A DNA stretch of 64,000 bases from Parcubacteria group bacterium (GTDB taxonomy: Bacteria; Pseudomonadota; Alphaproteobacteria; Caulobacterales; Caulobacteraceae). Positions 63,384 through 64,000 of this stretch are shown here, one piece after another. The notes below the pieces were generated by a model that saw nothing but the letters and a program-made list of their open reading frames with translations, did no database searches and was not told the origin of the DNA. Position 1 is the stretch's first letter. Every line of letters starts with the position of its first letter. The translations under genes were made by a program, and so were the position numbers. The stretch lies in NCBI GenBank assembly GCA_050260915.1, contig JBLNCT010000114.1, positions 3,220 through 67,219 of the forward strand. Direction: 5' to 3'.

Positions 63384-64000
63384 ATGATCGAATTCACTAC
63401 CGGCGATATCCTCGGCGCGGACGCCGAGGCCCTGGTGAACACCGTCAACTGCGTGGGCATCATGGGGCGCGGCATCGCCCTGCAGTTCAAGAACACCTAC
63501 CCGGCCAATTTCGTTGAGTACGAAGCGGCGTGCGCCGCCGGCCAGGTACAGCCTGGCCGGATGTTCGTGTTTGAGACCGGGCGCCTCACCAATCCTCGCT
63601 ACATCATCAACTTTCCAACCAAGCGCCACTGGCGTGGAAAGAGCCGTATCGAGGATATCGAAGCGGGCCTGAAGGCGCTCCGGTCGGAGATCGAGAAGCG
63701 GGGCATCCGCTCGATCGCGATCCCGCCACTGGGCAGCGGACTTGGCGGGCTCAACTGGGCCGATGTCCGGCCGCGGATCGAGAAGGCGCTGAGCGGACTA
63801 AACGACATCCGCATCATCATCTACGAACCCAAGGGCGCGCCTTCGGCCAAGGAGATGGCTGCTTCCAGCGCCGTGCCGAAGATGACCCCCGGCCGAGCAT
63901 CGCTGGTCGTGCTTATGCACCAGTACCTCGCCGCCCTCATGGACCCGTTCGTGTCTCTGCTCGAAGTGCATAAGCTGATGTACTTCATGCAGGAAGCGGG
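63384..64000 (+). CDS. darG: DarG macrodomain antitoxin (partial, runs off the window; absent from the ORF track)
   Basis: MIEFTTGDIL.ADAEALVNTVNCVGIMGRGIALQFK, IINFPTKRHWR, SIAIPPLGSGLGGLNW. Confidence 0.93.
   Translation, partial: MIEFTTGDILGADAEALVNTVNCVGIMGRGIALQFKNTYPANFVEYEAACAAGQVQPGRMFVFETGRLTNPRYIINFPTKRHWRGKSRIEDIEAGLKALRSEIEKRGIRSIAIPPLGSGLGGLNWADVRPRIEKALSGLNDIRIIIYEPKGAPSAKEMAASSAVPKMTPGRASLVVLMHQYLAALMDPFVSLLEVHKLMYFMQEA

Larger units (their letters stand above)
36604..64000. mobile_element. dusA-integrated mobilisable genomic island (IME/ICE-like), right end outside the window
   Basis: att in dusA, AlpA-like HTH, relaxase/mobC/oriT, ardC, DUF736, parB, defence cargo. The integrase is not in the window. 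Confidence 0.8.

Noticed and set aside
1-64000. CRISPR array, rRNA/tRNA genes, IS transposases, integrase, riboswitches or Fur boxes upstream of TBDRs
   Set aside because: None recognised. The repeats seen are palindromic intergenic elements or paralog homology, not regularly spaced repeat-spacer units.

Overview
GC-rich alphaproteobacterial chromosome segment. Gene content and SigT- and LexA-type motifs point to a Caulobacteraceae-like host (inference). Three zones. (1) 1-19060 is a tandem array of cell-surface-signalling cassettes: three ECF sigma / FecR anti-sigma / STN-TonB-dependent receptor (TBDR) units, the tail of a fourth TBDR, and an MFS transporter. Every TBDR is followed by the same hairpin (loop GUCCCCUU, degenerate in one copy) plus a terminator. 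The three complete TBDRs carry a conserved internal hairpin with the complementary loop (CGGGGGA). Two TBDRs have AT-rich cores, and one has a second C-terminal beta-barrel-like domain. (2) 19222-36550 is core-type genes: a glpD / AGPS-like / FGGY kinase / PhyH / saccharopine-dehydrogenase-like operon, a His/Met-rich exported protein with a CsoR-type operator, ptrB, csbD, a GAF Met-sulfoxide reductase and others. (3) 36604 to beyond 64000 is a mobilisable genomic island inserted in the 5' end of dusA. It carries AbiE, Xre-RES and DarTG toxin-antitoxin pairs, a DUF4365 + PIN pair, and a DISARM-like operon (934-aa DrmE-like, DrmA, DrmB, DrmC) facing a convergent N6-adenine methyltransferase, which fits neither classical DISARM class. 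It also carries mobC/relaxase with a MOB_P nic site and a leading region (ardC, DUF736, parB, unknown genes, one with a LexA box). No database searches were run; family calls rest on recognised motifs.
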